Notes: generated by a model not told the origin, from the letters alone. A stretch of 64,000 bases of DNA from Caulobacteraceae bacterium (GCA_036502045.1 DASXZG010000081.1:22599-86598); one strand, 5' to 3'; shown: positions 26,532 through 36,169, counted from the first letter of the stretch. Made by a program: numbers and translations.

Positions 26532-27169
26532 TGCCGGCGCCCGAGCCGCCGCGCGACTGCCCGCTCTGTCCGCGCCTCGTGGCCTACCGCGCCGAGAACC
26601 GCGCGGCGCATCCAGACTGGTGGAACGGCCCAGCGCCCAGCTTCGGCGACCCTGACGCGCGGCTGCTGGTCGTGGGGCTCGCCCCTGGCCGCACCGGCGC
26701 CAATCGCACCGGCCGCCCGTTCACCGGCGACTACGCCGGGGTGCTTCTCTACGGGACCCTGCTCAAGACCGGCTTCGCCCGCGGCCGCTACGACGCGCGG
26801 CCCGACGACGGGCTGGAGCTGGTGGACTGCATGATCAGCAACGCTGTCCGCTGCGCACCGCCCGGCAACAAGCCCGAGACCTCCGAGGAAGCCGCCTGCC
26901 GGCGGTTCCTCGCCGCCCGCATCGCCGCCCTGCCCCGCCTCCAGGTCATCGTGACCCTGGGCGACGTCGCCCGCCGCAACCTGGTGCGCGCGCTGGGCCT
27001 GAAGGCGTCCGCAGGGGTCGGCGGCCACGGCGCGCGCTTCGAGGCGGCCGGCTACACGATCCTCAACAGCTACCACTGCTCGCGCCTCAACACGAACACC
27101 GGCCGCCTGACGCCAGCCATGTTCGAAGCGGTGTTCGAGGCCGCGCGGGAAGCGCTGGTTTCACCGTAA
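26531..27169 (+). CDS. Uracil-DNA glycosylase, Fe-S type (family 5/UdgB-like)
   Basis: ATG overlaps the NYN stop. DCPLCPRL, VGLAPGRTGANRTGRPFTGD, VRCAPPGNKP, SYHCSRLNTNTG. Confidence 0.92.
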   Translation: MPAPEPPRDCPLCPRLVAYRAENRAAHPDWWNGPAPSFGDPDARLLVVGLAPGRTGANRTGRPFTGDYAGVLLYGTLLKTGFARGRYDARPDDGLELVDCMISNAVRCAPPGNKPETSEEAACRRFLAARIAALPRLQVIVTLGDVARRNLVRALGLKASAGVGGHGARFEAAGYTILNSYHCSRLNTNTGRLTPAMFEAVFEAAREALVSP

Positions 27170-27201
27170 ATCACCGATAGCAACGGCGCTCCGGCCCGGG
27201 C

Positions 27202-27347
27202 GGAACGCTCGCGGGGACGTGCTCGATTTTCGGAGAAAATTGTACGTGTCCCTAGTTACCCCGTCGCTGTCCCGGGCGCCGGCCACTTCCGGCGGGACGT
27301 TCGCGGGGACTTGCTCGTTTTTCGTACGTGTCCAAGTTACCCCTCGC
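27202..27347. repeat. Imperfect tandem direct repeat (66-bp and 53-bp copies), REP-like
   Basis: Copy 1 27202-27267 GGAACGCTCGCGGGGACGTGCTCGATTTTCGGAGAAAATTGTACGTGTCCCTAGTTACCCCGTCGC; copy 2 27295-27347 GGACGTTCGCGGGGACTTGCTCGTTTTTCGTACGTGTCCAAGTTACCCCTCGC. Confidence 0.75.
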
Positions 27348-27455
27348 GGACGCCTTGCCCAGGCCGTCGTGCGCGTCCGCAATAGTCAGATCGCTTTCCT
27401 AGAAACTTAGCCGCAGCCAGAACGGTTACAGCTCTGACACAGAAGGAGACTGATC

Positions 27456-27629
27456 GTGGCGGATGGTTCAGGCGGCGGCGGCGCCGGCATGGGTGTCATC
27501 GTCGGCGGCCTGGTGGTCGTCGTGGCGGTGATCGGCTTTATGATGTTCTCAGGGGGCAACTTCGGTTCCACCAGGAACGTCAACGTCAACTTGCACGCGC
27601 CCAGCCTGCCGGCGGCCGCGCCAAAGTAG
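27456..27629 (+). CDS. Small single-pass membrane protein (57 aa), not in the ORF track
   Basis: AGAAGGAG RBS, GTG start; MADGSGGGGAGMGVIVGGLVVVVAVIGFMMFSGGNFGSTRNVNVNLHAPSLPAAAPK, TAG stop. Confidence 0.8.
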   Translation: MADGSGGGGAGMGVIVGGLVVVVAVIGFMMFSGGNFGSTRNVNVNLHAPSLPAAAPK

Positions 27630-27714
27630 CGGGTGGCGTTGTGGCGGGCTTGATTTTCACGATGTCAAAGAACGCGGCCCCGTTACCAGGGGTCGCGTGA
27701 TTCGTCAAGCGGAA

Positions 27715-28167
27715 TTACCCGCGGTCACGCATCAGGCGGCCCTGCTCGCGCTTCCAATCGCGATCGGCTTCGGTGGCCCGCTTGTCGTGGGCCTTCTTGC
27801 CGCTGGCCAGAGCGACCTCGAGCTTCACCAGCCCCCGGTCGTTGAAATAGAGCTTGGTGGGGATCAGCGTGCGCCCCTCGCGCTGAGCGGCGCCGATCAG
27901 CTTGTCGATCTGCTTGCGGTGCAGCAGCAGTTTCCGGATCCGTCGCGGCGCGTGGTTGAAGCGGTTGGCCGGGCCGTATTCGGGGATGTGGGCGTTGATC
28001 AGCGCCAGTTCGCGGCCCTCCACCCCGACATAGCTCTCGGCGATGTTGGCGCGGCCTTCGCGCAGCGCCTTCACCTCGGTGCCCGTCAGCAACAGGCCCG
28101 CTTCCACGGTCTCGTCGAGGAAGTAGTCGTAGCGAGCGCGGCGGTTGTCGGCGATCAGCTTGGTCAA
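27715..28167 (-). CDS. smpB: SsrA-binding protein
   Basis: [43 protein letters not shown]. Confidence 0.97.
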   Translation of the reverse strand: MTKLIADNRRARYDYFLDETVEAGLLLTGTEVKALREGRANIAESYVGVEGRELALINAHIPEYGPANRFNHAPRRIRKLLLHRKQIDKLIGAAQREGRTLIPTKLYFNDRGLVKLEVALASGKKAHDKRATEADRDWKREQGRLMRDRG

Positions 28168-29051
28168 TTGAGGACGCCAGCAAAGCGCATGGCCTCCAGG
28201 ATCGCCGGCTTGGCGCTCTCGGCGCAGGGCGCGATCGGCAGCCGCGCCTCTTCGCTGCAGAGGCCGAGCTTGGCCAGCGCGAACTTGGTCGGCGCCGGCG
28301 ACGAGTCGAGGAAGAGCCCGAGATGCAGGCGGATCAGCCGCTCGTGCAGGCTCAACGCCTTGGCAAAATCGCCGGCCAGCGCCGCGTCGTAGAACTGGGC
28401 GCAGAGCGCCGGCGCCACATTGGCCGAGACCGAGATGCAGCCGTGGCCGCCGCAGGCCATGTAGCCTAGCCCCGAGGCATCATCGCCACTCAGCATCACC
28501 CAGCCGTCGCCGCAGCTCAGCCGCTGCAGGCTGGCCCGGCCGAGATCGGACGTGGCGTCTTTCACGCCGACGATGTTCGGCTGCGTCGACAGGCGCTCCA
28601 GCGTCTCGTTGGAGATGTCCACCGCCGTCCGGCTGGGCACGTTGTAGACCAGCATCGGCAGGTCCACCGCCTCGGCGACGGCCACGTAGTGCCGGTACAT
28701 GCCCTCCTGGCTCGGGCGGTTGTAGTAGGGCGTCACCACCAGACTGGCGTCGGCGCCGATGTCCTTGGCGTGGCGGCAAAGGTCGATGGCCTCGGCCGTG
28801 CTGTTCGACCCCGCGCCGGCGATCACCGGCACCCGGCCAGCCGAAGTGCGTACGCAAAGCTCGACGACTCGGCGATGCTCCTCGTGGCTGAGCGTGGCCG
28901 ACTCGCCGGTGGTGCCGACCGGGACCAGGCCATGCACCCCGGCGGCGATCTGGCGCTCCACCAGCGCCACGAACGCCGTTTCGTCGAGGGCGCCATCGCG
29001 GAACGGCGTCACCAGCGCGGTGAACACGCCGCGGAAAGAAGGACGGGCCAT
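28164..29051 (-). CDS. dapA: 4-hydroxy-tetrahydrodipicolinate synthase
   Basis: [34 protein letters not shown]. Confidence 0.96.
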   Translation of the reverse strand: MARPSFRGVFTALVTPFRDGALDETAFVALVERQIAAGVHGLVPVGTTGESATLSHEEHRRVVELCVRTSAGRVPVIAGAGSNSTAEAIDLCRHAKDIGADASLVVTPYYNRPSQEGMYRHYVAVAEAVDLPMLVYNVPSRTAVDISNETLERLSTQPNIVGVKDATSDLGRASLQRLSCGDGWVMLSGDDASGLGYMACGGHGCISVSANVAPALCAQFYDAALAGDFAKALSLHERLIRLHLGLFLDSSPAPTKFALAKLGLCSEEARLPIAPCAESAKPAILEAMRFAGVLN

Positions 29052-29111
29052 GTCGTGCAAGAAGCCGTGAATTCACCAGGCGCCGGCCCGGCTGTAAGGG
29101 AGGCGGACAAT

Positions 29112-31364
29112 ATGTCGGCTGGCGGCGCGCCCGCAAGGCGCGCTAGCCTTCCCGCTTCCCACCTTCCGGAGACTTGCCGCTTGCGGAGTGACCCCCTGCG
29201 ACGCTTGCTGATCGGCGCCGCAGCGCTGAGCGCCGTCCTCGGCGCTGGCGCGGCGCTGAGCGCCAGCGCCCAAACCGCACCCCCCCCTCCGCCGGACGTC
29301 AGCGGCGGCGCCAGCGCGCCGGCCCCCGCCATGACGGCGGTCTCTTACACGGTGCGCCAGCCGCTCAGCGATTCGGACTCCCGCACCCTGTCGTCGGCGC
29401 TCGAAGCGGCCCGGCTGGGCGATGCGCCGCGGGTTCGCAACGCCATGGACCAGCTTTCCGACCCCACCGCTCGCAAGATCGCCGAGTGGGCGCTGATCGA
29501 GACCGACCCCAGCGGGCTCTCCTACGCCGAGATGGACGGCGCCCGCCGCGACCTCGCCGGCTGGCCGGGCGCCACGGCCCGCTTGACCGCCACCGAGCGC
29601 ACGTTGTCGACCAGCGCGCTCAGCCCGCAGCAGGTGGTCGACTGGTTCGCCGGCGCTGATCCGATGACGCCGGACGGCGCGATGGCGCTGGCGTCCGCCG
29701 ACCAGGTGCTGGGCCACGCCGACCAGGCCGCCGCCGTCATCCGCAAGATCTGGCGCGCCAAGCCGTTCGGCGCCGACATGCAGGCGCAGATGCTGACCCG
29801 CTTCGGCTCGATGCTGACCGCCGACGACCATGCCGCGCGCGAAGACATGCTGCTCTACGGCCAGCAAGGCCAGGCGGCGCACGATCTGCTGCCCCTGCTC
29901 AGCCCCGATCAGCAAGCCCTGGCGCAAGCCCGGATGGCGGTGCGCGCCGGCGCCTCCAACGCCCAGAGCCTCATCGCCGCCCTGCCCCAGACCCTGCAGA
30001 CCGCGCCAGGGCTCGAGTTCGAGCAGGCCATGGCCTACTCGCGCCGCAACGACCTGACTGACGCCCTCGCCTCGATCCCCGACCTGCCGGAGGCGCTGCC
30101 GACGGCGGAGTCCCAGTCCCGCATGTGGAAGCTGCGCAAGGACCTGGTGGTCACCGCGCTCAAGGCCGGGGACGTCCGCGGCGCCTACCGCGCCGCCGCC
30201 GACAGCGGCTGCGACCAGGGCCAGGACGGCGCCGAGGCCGAGTTCTACGCCGGCTGGATCGCCCTCTCACGCCTGAAGGACCCCAAGCTCGCCGACCTGC
30301 ATTTCGCCAAGCTGCAGGTCATCGGCGCTTCGCCGATCACCCTCAGCCGGGCGCTGTACTGGCGCGGCAAGGCAGCCGAAGCCGAAGGCGACGCCCTCGA
30401 CGCCCAGCTCTACTACGGCCAGGCGGCGCAGTATCAGACCGCCTTCTACGGTCAGCTGGCGGCCATCAAGGTTGGCGTCACCACCCTCAGTATCGGCAAG
30501 GACCCGCAGATCACGGCCGCCGACCGCGCCCGCTTCGAGGACCGCTCGGAGATCCGCGCGGCGCGGATGATGGGCGACATCGGCGCCCAGGACACGCTGA
30601 AGAGCTTCCTGCTCAGCCTCGCCGAGACCCTGCCAAGCGCGGCCGACGCCGCCCAGCTGGTCGACCTGGCCCGCGAATACGGCGACCAGGAACTCTCCAT
30701 GAAGGTGGTGCGCACCGCCGCCCAGCACGGCTACGTGCTGCCGGAGCGCGGTTATCCGGTCCGCACCGCGCCCAACGTGGGCGGCGCGCCGGAAGAGGCG
30801 CTGGTGCTCGGCATCACCCGCCAGGAGAGCGGCTTCGATCCGCACGCCCGGTCCGGCGTCGGCGCCACCGGCATGATGCAGCTGATGCCCTCGACGGCCG
30901 CCATTCTGGCGCGGCGCCTGGGCCTCGACGGCCGGCTCGACGACCCGGATTTCAACATGGAGCTGGGCTCGGCCTATCTCGGTCAGCTGGTCGACCAGTT
31001 CAGCGGCTCGTACGTGATGGCCACCGCCGCCTACAACGCAGGGCCCGGCCGTCCGATCGAGTGGACCAGCTATTGCGGCGACCCGCGCGCCACCTCCACC
31101 GACCCGGCCGACTACATCGAATGCATCCCGATTTCCGAGACCCGCAACTACGTCATGCGAGTGCTGGAAGCGACGCAGGTCTACCGGGCGCGGCTCAACG
31201 GCGGCACGGCCCCGCTGACGCTGGCCACCGACCTGAAGCGCGGCGCTTACGCCGGCTTCGGCTATGTGGCCGGCCCGGCCCAGGCGCCGCCGCCGTCGAA
31301 CGCCCATGCTCCGGCCACCGATGGCCTGGCCGCCAACGGCGGCGGGGCGACCAGCTCGCAGTAG
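29112..31364 (+). CDS. Slt70-like soluble lytic transglycosylase
   Basis: Signal-like N-terminus, long helical region, C-terminal SLT domain (ITRQESGF, GMMQLMP, AAYNAGPG, ETRNYV); next to dapA-smpB. The start is uncertain. Confidence 0.92.
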   Translation: MSAGGAPARRASLPASHLPETCRLRSDPLRRLLIGAAALSAVLGAGAALSASAQTAPPPPPDVSGGASAPAPAMTAVSYTVRQPLSDSDSRTLSSALEAARLGDAPRVRNAMDQLSDPTARKIAEWALIETDPSGLSYAEMDGARRDLAGWPGATARLTATERTLSTSALSPQQVVDWFAGADPMTPDGAMALASADQVLGHADQAAAVIRKIWRAKPFGADMQAQMLTRFGSMLTADDHAAREDMLLYGQQGQAAHDLLPLLSPDQQALAQARMAVRAGASNAQSLIAALPQTLQTAPGLEFEQAMAYSRRNDLTDALASIPDLPEALPTAESQSRMWKLRKDLVVTALKAGDVRGAYRAAADSGCDQGQDGAEAEFYAGWIALSRLKDPKLADLHFAKLQVIGASPITLSRALYWRGKAAEAEGDALDAQLYYGQAAQYQTAFYGQLAAIKVGVTTLSIGKDPQITAADRARFEDRSEIRAARMMGDIGAQDTLKSFLLSLAETLPSAADAAQLVDLAREYGDQELSMKVVRTAAQHGYVLPERGYPVRTAPNVGGAPEEALVLGITRQESGFDPHARSGVGATGMMQLMPSTAAILARRLGLDGRLDDPDFNMELGSAYLGQLVDQFSGSYVMATAAYNAGPGRPIEWTSYCGDPRATSTDPADYIECIPISETRNYVMRVLEATQVYRARLNGGTAPLTLATDLKRGAYAGFGYVAGPAQAPPPSNAHAPATDGLAANGGGATSSQ

Positions 31365-31367
31365 CGC

Positions 31368-32126
31368 CTAAGCCAGGCGGCGCGCCGCCAGCACCGGTCC
31401 TGCCGGCGTCGCCACCAGCGCGCCATCTAGCCCGAACACCTCGGCCAGCACCTTGGGCGACAGCGCCTCCGCCGGCGCGGCAAGCGCCGCCAGCCGGCCG
31501 CCGCTCAGCACCGCCAGCCGGTCGCAACCGCGCGCCGCCGCGGTCAGGTCGTGCAAAGTGACGATCACCGCGGCGCCCTGACTGGCGCGCTGCCGCAGCC
31601 GCTCCAGGATCAGGAACTGCGCGTCAGGATCGAGGCCCGCCGACGGTTCGTCGGCCACCAGCAGCGCCGCCCGCGTCGCCAGCAGTCGGGCCAGCAGCAC
31701 CCGGGCCTGCTCACCGCCGGACATGTCGAGCACGCCCCGCCCGGCCAGCGCCGACACCTCCAGCTCGGCCAGACAATCGGCTGCGACGGCCCGGGCCGCG
31801 GCCGGCGCCAGGTCGGGCGCCCCCAACGCCGCGATCTCCAGCGCCGGCATGTTCCAGGCCACGCGTCGCTGTTGCGGCAGGTAGCCGATCAACCGCGCCC
31901 GCTCGGTCTCGCCGATCTCCGCAAGGCGGCGGCCGTCGATGCGAACGTTGCCAGCGGTCACGGCGCGCTGGCCAAGCGCCGCCTTCAGCAGCGTGGTCTT
32001 ACCGGCGCCGTTGGGACCGACGACGCCGAGCACTTCGCCGGGCGCCAGCTCCAGGGAGACGTCGGCGAGGATCGTCCGATCCCGCTCGGCGGCGCTGAGC
32101 CCGCGGATGTCCAGGCGCGCCGTCAT
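31368..32126 (-). CDS. ABC transporter ATP-binding protein (BtuD/FecE-like)
   Basis: GPNGAGKTT, MSGGEQARV, ADEP, LHDL. Confidence 0.92.
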   Translation of the reverse strand: MTARLDIRGLSAAERDRTILADVSLELAPGEVLGVVGPNGAGKTTLLKAALGQRAVTAGNVRIDGRRLAEIGETERARLIGYLPQQRRVAWNMPALEIAALGAPDLAPAAARAVAADCLAELEVSALAGRGVLDMSGGEQARVLLARLLATRAALLVADEPSAGLDPDAQFLILERLRQRASQGAAVIVTLHDLTAAARGCDRLAVLSGGRLAALAAPAEALSPKVLAEVFGLDGALVATPAGPVLAARRLA

Positions 32127-33100
32127 GCCCGCCAGCTCCGCGACGCCCGCCAGGCGATCAGCGCGAAGAACGGCGCGCCGAACAGCGCCGTCACCACGCC
32201 CAGCCGCAGCTCCTCTTCGCTGGGGATCACCCGCGCCGCCAGATCGGCCAGCACCAGCAGCACCGCCCCGGCCAGCGCCGAGGGCGCCAGCGTCCGCGCC
32301 GGATCGTCGGACACCGACCCGCGAACCAGATGCGGCGCTGCCAGGCCGACGAAGCCGATCACCCCGGCGATCTCCACTGAAGCGCCCGTGAGTAGCGCCG
32401 CGCCGGCGACGGCTGCGACCCGCAACCGCGCCATCGGCAGCCCGGAGAGCGCCGCGGTCTCCTCGCCCAGGGTCAGCATGCGCAGACCCCGCGCCGCATA
32501 GACGCAGAGGCCGGCGCCCAGCGCCATCGGGATCAGCGCCGGCCCAAGATCATTCCAGTCGCGGTTGGCCACCGAGCCTTGCAGCCAGCTCAGCACCTCG
32601 GCCGTGGTCACCGGATTTGGCGACAGGTTGAAGATCAGCGCGGTGACCGCGCCGCCCAGGGCCGAGAGCGCGACGCCGAACAGGATCAGCGTCTCCGGGG
32701 CCCGGAACCGCGCCGCCAGGATCGCCACCACGCCGCCGGCCGCCAACGCGCCGCCCAGCGCCGCCAGTTCCAGCACGCCAGGCGCCGCGCCGAGGCCCAG
32801 CGCGATCACCAGCGCCGCCGCGCAGGCCGACCAGGCCGACACGCCCAGCACGCCTGGCTCGGCGAGCGGATTGCGCAACAGCCCTTGCATCACCGCGCCG
32901 GCCAGACCCAGCGCCGCGCCGACCAGCGCCGCGGCGGCGGCGCGGGGTGCGCGGATGCCCAGCAGAATCTCGCGGATCGGCGAGGCGGGATCGGCCAGCG
33001 CGCTCTGGTATTGCGCCAGGCTGAGCGGCGTCTCGCCCAGCGCGACGGCCATCGCCAGCGCACCCAGCAGCAACGCCAGCAGGATCGCGTTGACCCGCAT
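32123..33100 (-). CDS. FecCD/BtuC-family ABC permease
   Basis: IRAPR, QGLLRNPLAEPGVLGVS, GVIGFVGLAAPHLVR, GAPFF; start trimmed to ATG 33100. Confidence 0.92.
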   Translation of the reverse strand: MRVNAILLALLLGALAMAVALGETPLSLAQYQSALADPASPIREILLGIRAPRAAAAALVGAALGLAGAVMQGLLRNPLAEPGVLGVSAWSACAAALVIALGLGAAPGVLELAALGGALAAGGVVAILAARFRAPETLILFGVALSALGGAVTALIFNLSPNPVTTAEVLSWLQGSVANRDWNDLGPALIPMALGAGLCVYAARGLRMLTLGEETAALSGLPMARLRVAAVAGAALLTGASVEIAGVIGFVGLAAPHLVRGSVSDDPARTLAPSALAGAVLLVLADLAARVIPSEEELRLGVVTALFGAPFFALIAWRASRSWRA

Positions 33101-33927
33101 CAGGCCCCCGGCCTGGCCTTGGCCAACGCCAGCGTTCCATCGGCCGCGAACCACGCCGGGCACCCCAGCATCGATCCGGGGAGCGAGGCAATGGCGCGTT
33201 GTCTTGCCAACGCCTGCAGGTAGCTGCTGCCGCCGATGGTCCAGTGCGAGCGGCCGCCGGCCAGGTCGCGGAAGAAGCCCAGCACCAGCGCCACCGGCGG
33301 GTTCAGCACCAGGCTCTCCAGCGACACCGCCGCGTAATCCGGCCCCGGCGCCGCGTTACTCAGGCCGGCGGCGCTCATCATCGCGCCCACCATCGTGCCG
33401 GGCCCCGCGGTGAAGCCGCCGGGCGTCAGATAGAGCGCCCTCGCCCCGCGCCACGCCCCTTGGCTGGCCGCCAGCTTGGCGTCCATGCGGGCGATCAGCG
33501 CCTCGCCGGCGGCCGATTGGCCGAGCGCGGCGGCGACCTTGCGGATGTCGGCGCGCACTGTGGCGAAGTCGTGGGCGTCGTCGACCTTCACCACAGTCAG
33601 GCCGTGGCGGCTTAGGGCAGCCGGCAGGCTGAGGTCTGTCGTCCAGTTGTAGACGGCCAGGTTGGCGCCGGAGCCAAGCACCGCCTCCAGCGTCTGGCGC
33701 TGTTGCGGCAGGCCCGCCGCCTCGGCGCGCAGGTAGGAGTCCGCGTTCGTCGCCCGCTTCGACAGCGCCACGATCTCATCCCGCGGCGCCAACGCCAGCA
33801 CGTACTGGTCGGCGCACTGGTCGAGCGAGACAACGCGTGGGGCGGCCGCCGCCGCGCCGGCTTGCGAAGCGACGAGCGTCGCCGCCAGGGCGAGGGCCGC
33901 GCCGCGAAGGATGCCTGTCACGCCCAT
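33100..33927 (-). CDS. Periplasmic binding protein (BtuF/siderophore-binding fold)
   Basis: Signal peptide then RVVSLDQCADQYVLALA; C-terminal LGCPAWF; same operon as the permease and ATPase. Confidence 0.85.
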   Translation of the reverse strand: MGVTGILRGAALALAATLVASQAGAAAAAPRVVSLDQCADQYVLALAPRDEIVALSKRATNADSYLRAEAAGLPQQRQTLEAVLGSGANLAVYNWTTDLSLPAALSRHGLTVVKVDDAHDFATVRADIRKVAAALGQSAAGEALIARMDAKLAASQGAWRGARALYLTPGGFTAGPGTMVGAMMSAAGLSNAAPGPDYAAVSLESLVLNPPVALVLGFFRDLAGGRSHWTIGGSSYLQALARQRAIASLPGSMLGCPAWFAADGTLALAKARPGA

Positions 33928-34043
33928 GCCTTCACCGCCCCCTCCGCCTGAGCCGCTTTACACGCCCGAAGCCGCCAGCCGGAAGTCTGGACGCTGGCGG
34001 CCGCCAGTGGTCTGGTTGTCCGGGGCGAGCGAAGGAGGGCCAA

Positions 34044-35381
34044 ATGGCCGAGACCTGGAGCCTGCCCGCCGACGCGCGGATCGCGGAGATGCTGCGCCGG
34101 CGGATCGACGCCGAAAAGGACGGCGTGGGCATCGCGGTCGGCGTGATCGACGCCAACGGCGCGCGGTTCGTCTCCCATGGCCGAACCCGGCGCGGCAGCC
34201 GCAAGCTGGTGGACGCCGATAACGTGTTCGAGATCGGCTCGATCACCAAGGTGTTCACCTCGCTGCTGCTGAGCGACATGGTGCTGCGCGGCGAGACGGC
34301 GCTGGACGAACCGGTGCGCCAATTGCTGGGCCCCGACGCTGTCGCGCCGACCCGTCGCGGCCGCGAGATCACCTTGAACGACCTCGCCACCCACACCTCC
34401 GGCCTGCCGCGCATGCCGGGCAACTTCGCGCCGGCCGACCCGACCAACCCCTACGTTGACTATGGACCGGAGCAGTTGCTCGCCTTCCTCGCCAGCCACC
34501 AGCTGACGCGCGATATCGGCGAGCGCTTCGAGTACTCCAACTACGGCGCTGGCTTGCTGGGCTACGCGCTCTCCCTGCGCGCCGGCAGCGACTACGAGAC
34601 CCTGGTGCGTGAGCGCATCACCACGCCACTCGGCATGACTGACACCGCCATGACGCTGCCGCCGGCGCTGCGGCGCCGGCTCGCGTCCGGCCACGGCATG
34701 GACCTGCGGCCGGTGGCCAACTGGGACCTCTGGGCGATGGCCGGCGCCGGGGCCTTGCGCTCCACAGCGAGCGACATGGCGAAGTTCCTGGCGGCGGTGC
34801 TCGGCCATGTCGATGCGCCCATCAGCGCCGCGATGCGCGCTCAGCGGGCCGCGCCCAGCGTCGACGCCGGACAGCCCGGCGTCACCATCGGCCTGGGCTG
34901 GCTCACCACAACGCCCGCTAGCGGCGACGTCACCGTCTGGCACAACGGTGGCACTGGCGGCTACCGCGCCTACGCCGGCGTCAACCTGGCGCGTGGCTTC
35001 GGAGCTGTGGTGCTCACCAACGCCGCCACCATGCGCGGCGGCGACGACATCGGCGTCCACCTGCTCGCGGGTCGGCCGCTCGCGCCGCGCCCCAAGACAC
35101 CAAAGGTGATCGCGGTGCCGACGGAGGTGCTGGACCGCTACGTTGGGCTCTATCGCTACTCGCCCAGCGTCAGCATCGAAATCACCCGGCAGGGCGAGCG
35201 CCTGATCGCCGACGTCACCGACATCGGCGCATCGCCGGTGCTGGCGATCGCGCCAACCAGGTTCGTCTGGCCCTTCACCAACACGGCGCTGACGTTCGAG
35301 ACCAGCGCAAACGGCCGAGTCGGCGCGCTGACGACACAGCGCGAAGGCCAGGAGCCGAGGCGGGCGATCCGCGAAGCTTAG
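34044..35381 (+). CDS. Serine hydrolase (class C beta-lactamase-like) with a DUF3471-like C-terminal domain
   Basis: GGAGG RBS, FEIGSITK (SxxK), YSNYG (YxN), HNGGTGG; start trimmed to ATG 34044. Confidence 0.9.
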   Translation: MAETWSLPADARIAEMLRRRIDAEKDGVGIAVGVIDANGARFVSHGRTRRGSRKLVDADNVFEIGSITKVFTSLLLSDMVLRGETALDEPVRQLLGPDAVAPTRRGREITLNDLATHTSGLPRMPGNFAPADPTNPYVDYGPEQLLAFLASHQLTRDIGERFEYSNYGAGLLGYALSLRAGSDYETLVRERITTPLGMTDTAMTLPPALRRRLASGHGMDLRPVANWDLWAMAGAGALRSTASDMAKFLAAVLGHVDAPISAAMRAQRAAPSVDAGQPGVTIGLGWLTTTPASGDVTVWHNGGTGGYRAYAGVNLARGFGAVVLTNAATMRGGDDIGVHLLAGRPLAPRPKTPKVIAVPTEVLDRYVGLYRYSPSVSIEITRQGERLIADVTDIGASPVLAIAPTRFVWPFTNTALTFETSANGRVGALTTQREGQEPRRAIREA

Positions 35382-36031
35382 TCGGCGACGAGGCCGTGCA
35401 GCAGCCCGTCGACCATGGTGTGGGTCAAGTCGTCGGCCGAGGCCCAGTCGATCTGCGGACGGGCGATGGTCAGAGCCACTAGCCCGTGACAGGCCGCCCA
35501 CAACGCCTGGGCGGCGACCTTGGCGTCGGCCACGCGCAGGCGGCCTTCGCCGGCGATCTCGCGCACCACGCCGAAGTAGCGCGCATAGCAGGCCGCCCCG
35601 ATCTCCGCCGTCGCTCGCTCGGTGGCCGAGCCCGCGCCGCGCTGCGGGGTGCAGAACACCAGCCGATAGGCGTTCGGGTGCTCCAGCCCCATGCGAATGT
35701 AGGCCTCCAGCATCAGCCGTACCCGGGTGACAGCCTCTACCGGCCGCGCGGCGATCTCGCTGTTCTGCTCCAGCAGCGCCTGCATGGCGCCCAGGCAGAT
35801 CTCGTGCAGGATCTCGTCCTTGTCGCGGAAGTGCATGTAGAGCGCGGTCGACGACACGCCCACTTCGTCGGCGATCTTGCGGATGGTGGCGCCCTCGTAG
35901 CCGGCGGCCACGAAGATGCGCTCGGCGGCGTCGAGAATCTCCGCGCGGCGCGAGTGGCCGTCACCTTTGGCCTTCCGCGCCGATCTCGCCGGCTTGCTCA
36001 GCACCGCTTCCACTGTCAGCACACCACGCAT
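35378..36031 (-). CDS. TetR/AcrR-family regulator (WHG-type C-terminus)
   Basis: ILDAAERIF...ATIRKIADEVGVSSTALYMHFRDKDEIL, and LWAACHG. Confidence 0.92.
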   Translation of the reverse strand: MRGVLTVEAVLSKPARSARKAKGDGHSRRAEILDAAERIFVAAGYEGATIRKIADEVGVSSTALYMHFRDKDEILHEICLGAMQALLEQNSEIAARPVEAVTRVRLMLEAYIRMGLEHPNAYRLVFCTPQRGAGSATERATAEIGAACYARYFGVVREIAGEGRLRVADAKVAAQALWAACHGLVALTIARPQIDWASADDLTHTMVDGLLHGLVAD

Positions 36032-36169
36032 TTCGCTGTCCCCGCCCTAATTAACGGCAATTCGCGTCGGCGGGAAAGCTTGCTAGGCGCCCCTGCCCAA
36101 CAAGCGCCGCGATGCGCGCACTTCGGGCGCCGCTGGACGGCGCGGCGCGGGCCCCGCTAATCCTGCGCC

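Noticed and set aside
27202-27347. CRISPR mini-array
   Set aside because: Only two imperfect copies of unequal length (53-66 bp) and no cas genes in the window.
27170-27714. tmRNA (ssrA) or an att site next to smpB
   Set aside because: No tRNA-like acceptor or T-arm, no tag reading frame, and no integrase; the space is explained by a repeat and a small ORF.
28689-29111. 5' extensions of track ORFs for slt (28689), era (13245), serine hydrolase (33837), egtBD (47587), CoA-transferase (56307) and ParB-like (57035)
   Set aside because: The extensions overlap neighbouring genes or lack homology-like sequence; downstream ATGs with SD motifs or conserved N-termini fit better.
29270-29335. C/G runs and Pro/Gly-rich stretches as phase-variation tracts (also 27470-27490, 43620)
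   Set aside because: They encode in-frame low-complexity linkers; the homopolymers are short and the frames are intact.
33928-34043. Cobalamin riboswitch before the BtuF-like gene
   Set aside because: The region is too short and I saw no B12-box.
36047-36062. CtrA site (CTAATTAACGG) between TetR and the methyltransferase
   Set aside because: Only a TTAAC half-site, with no partner half at 7-bp spacing; weak.
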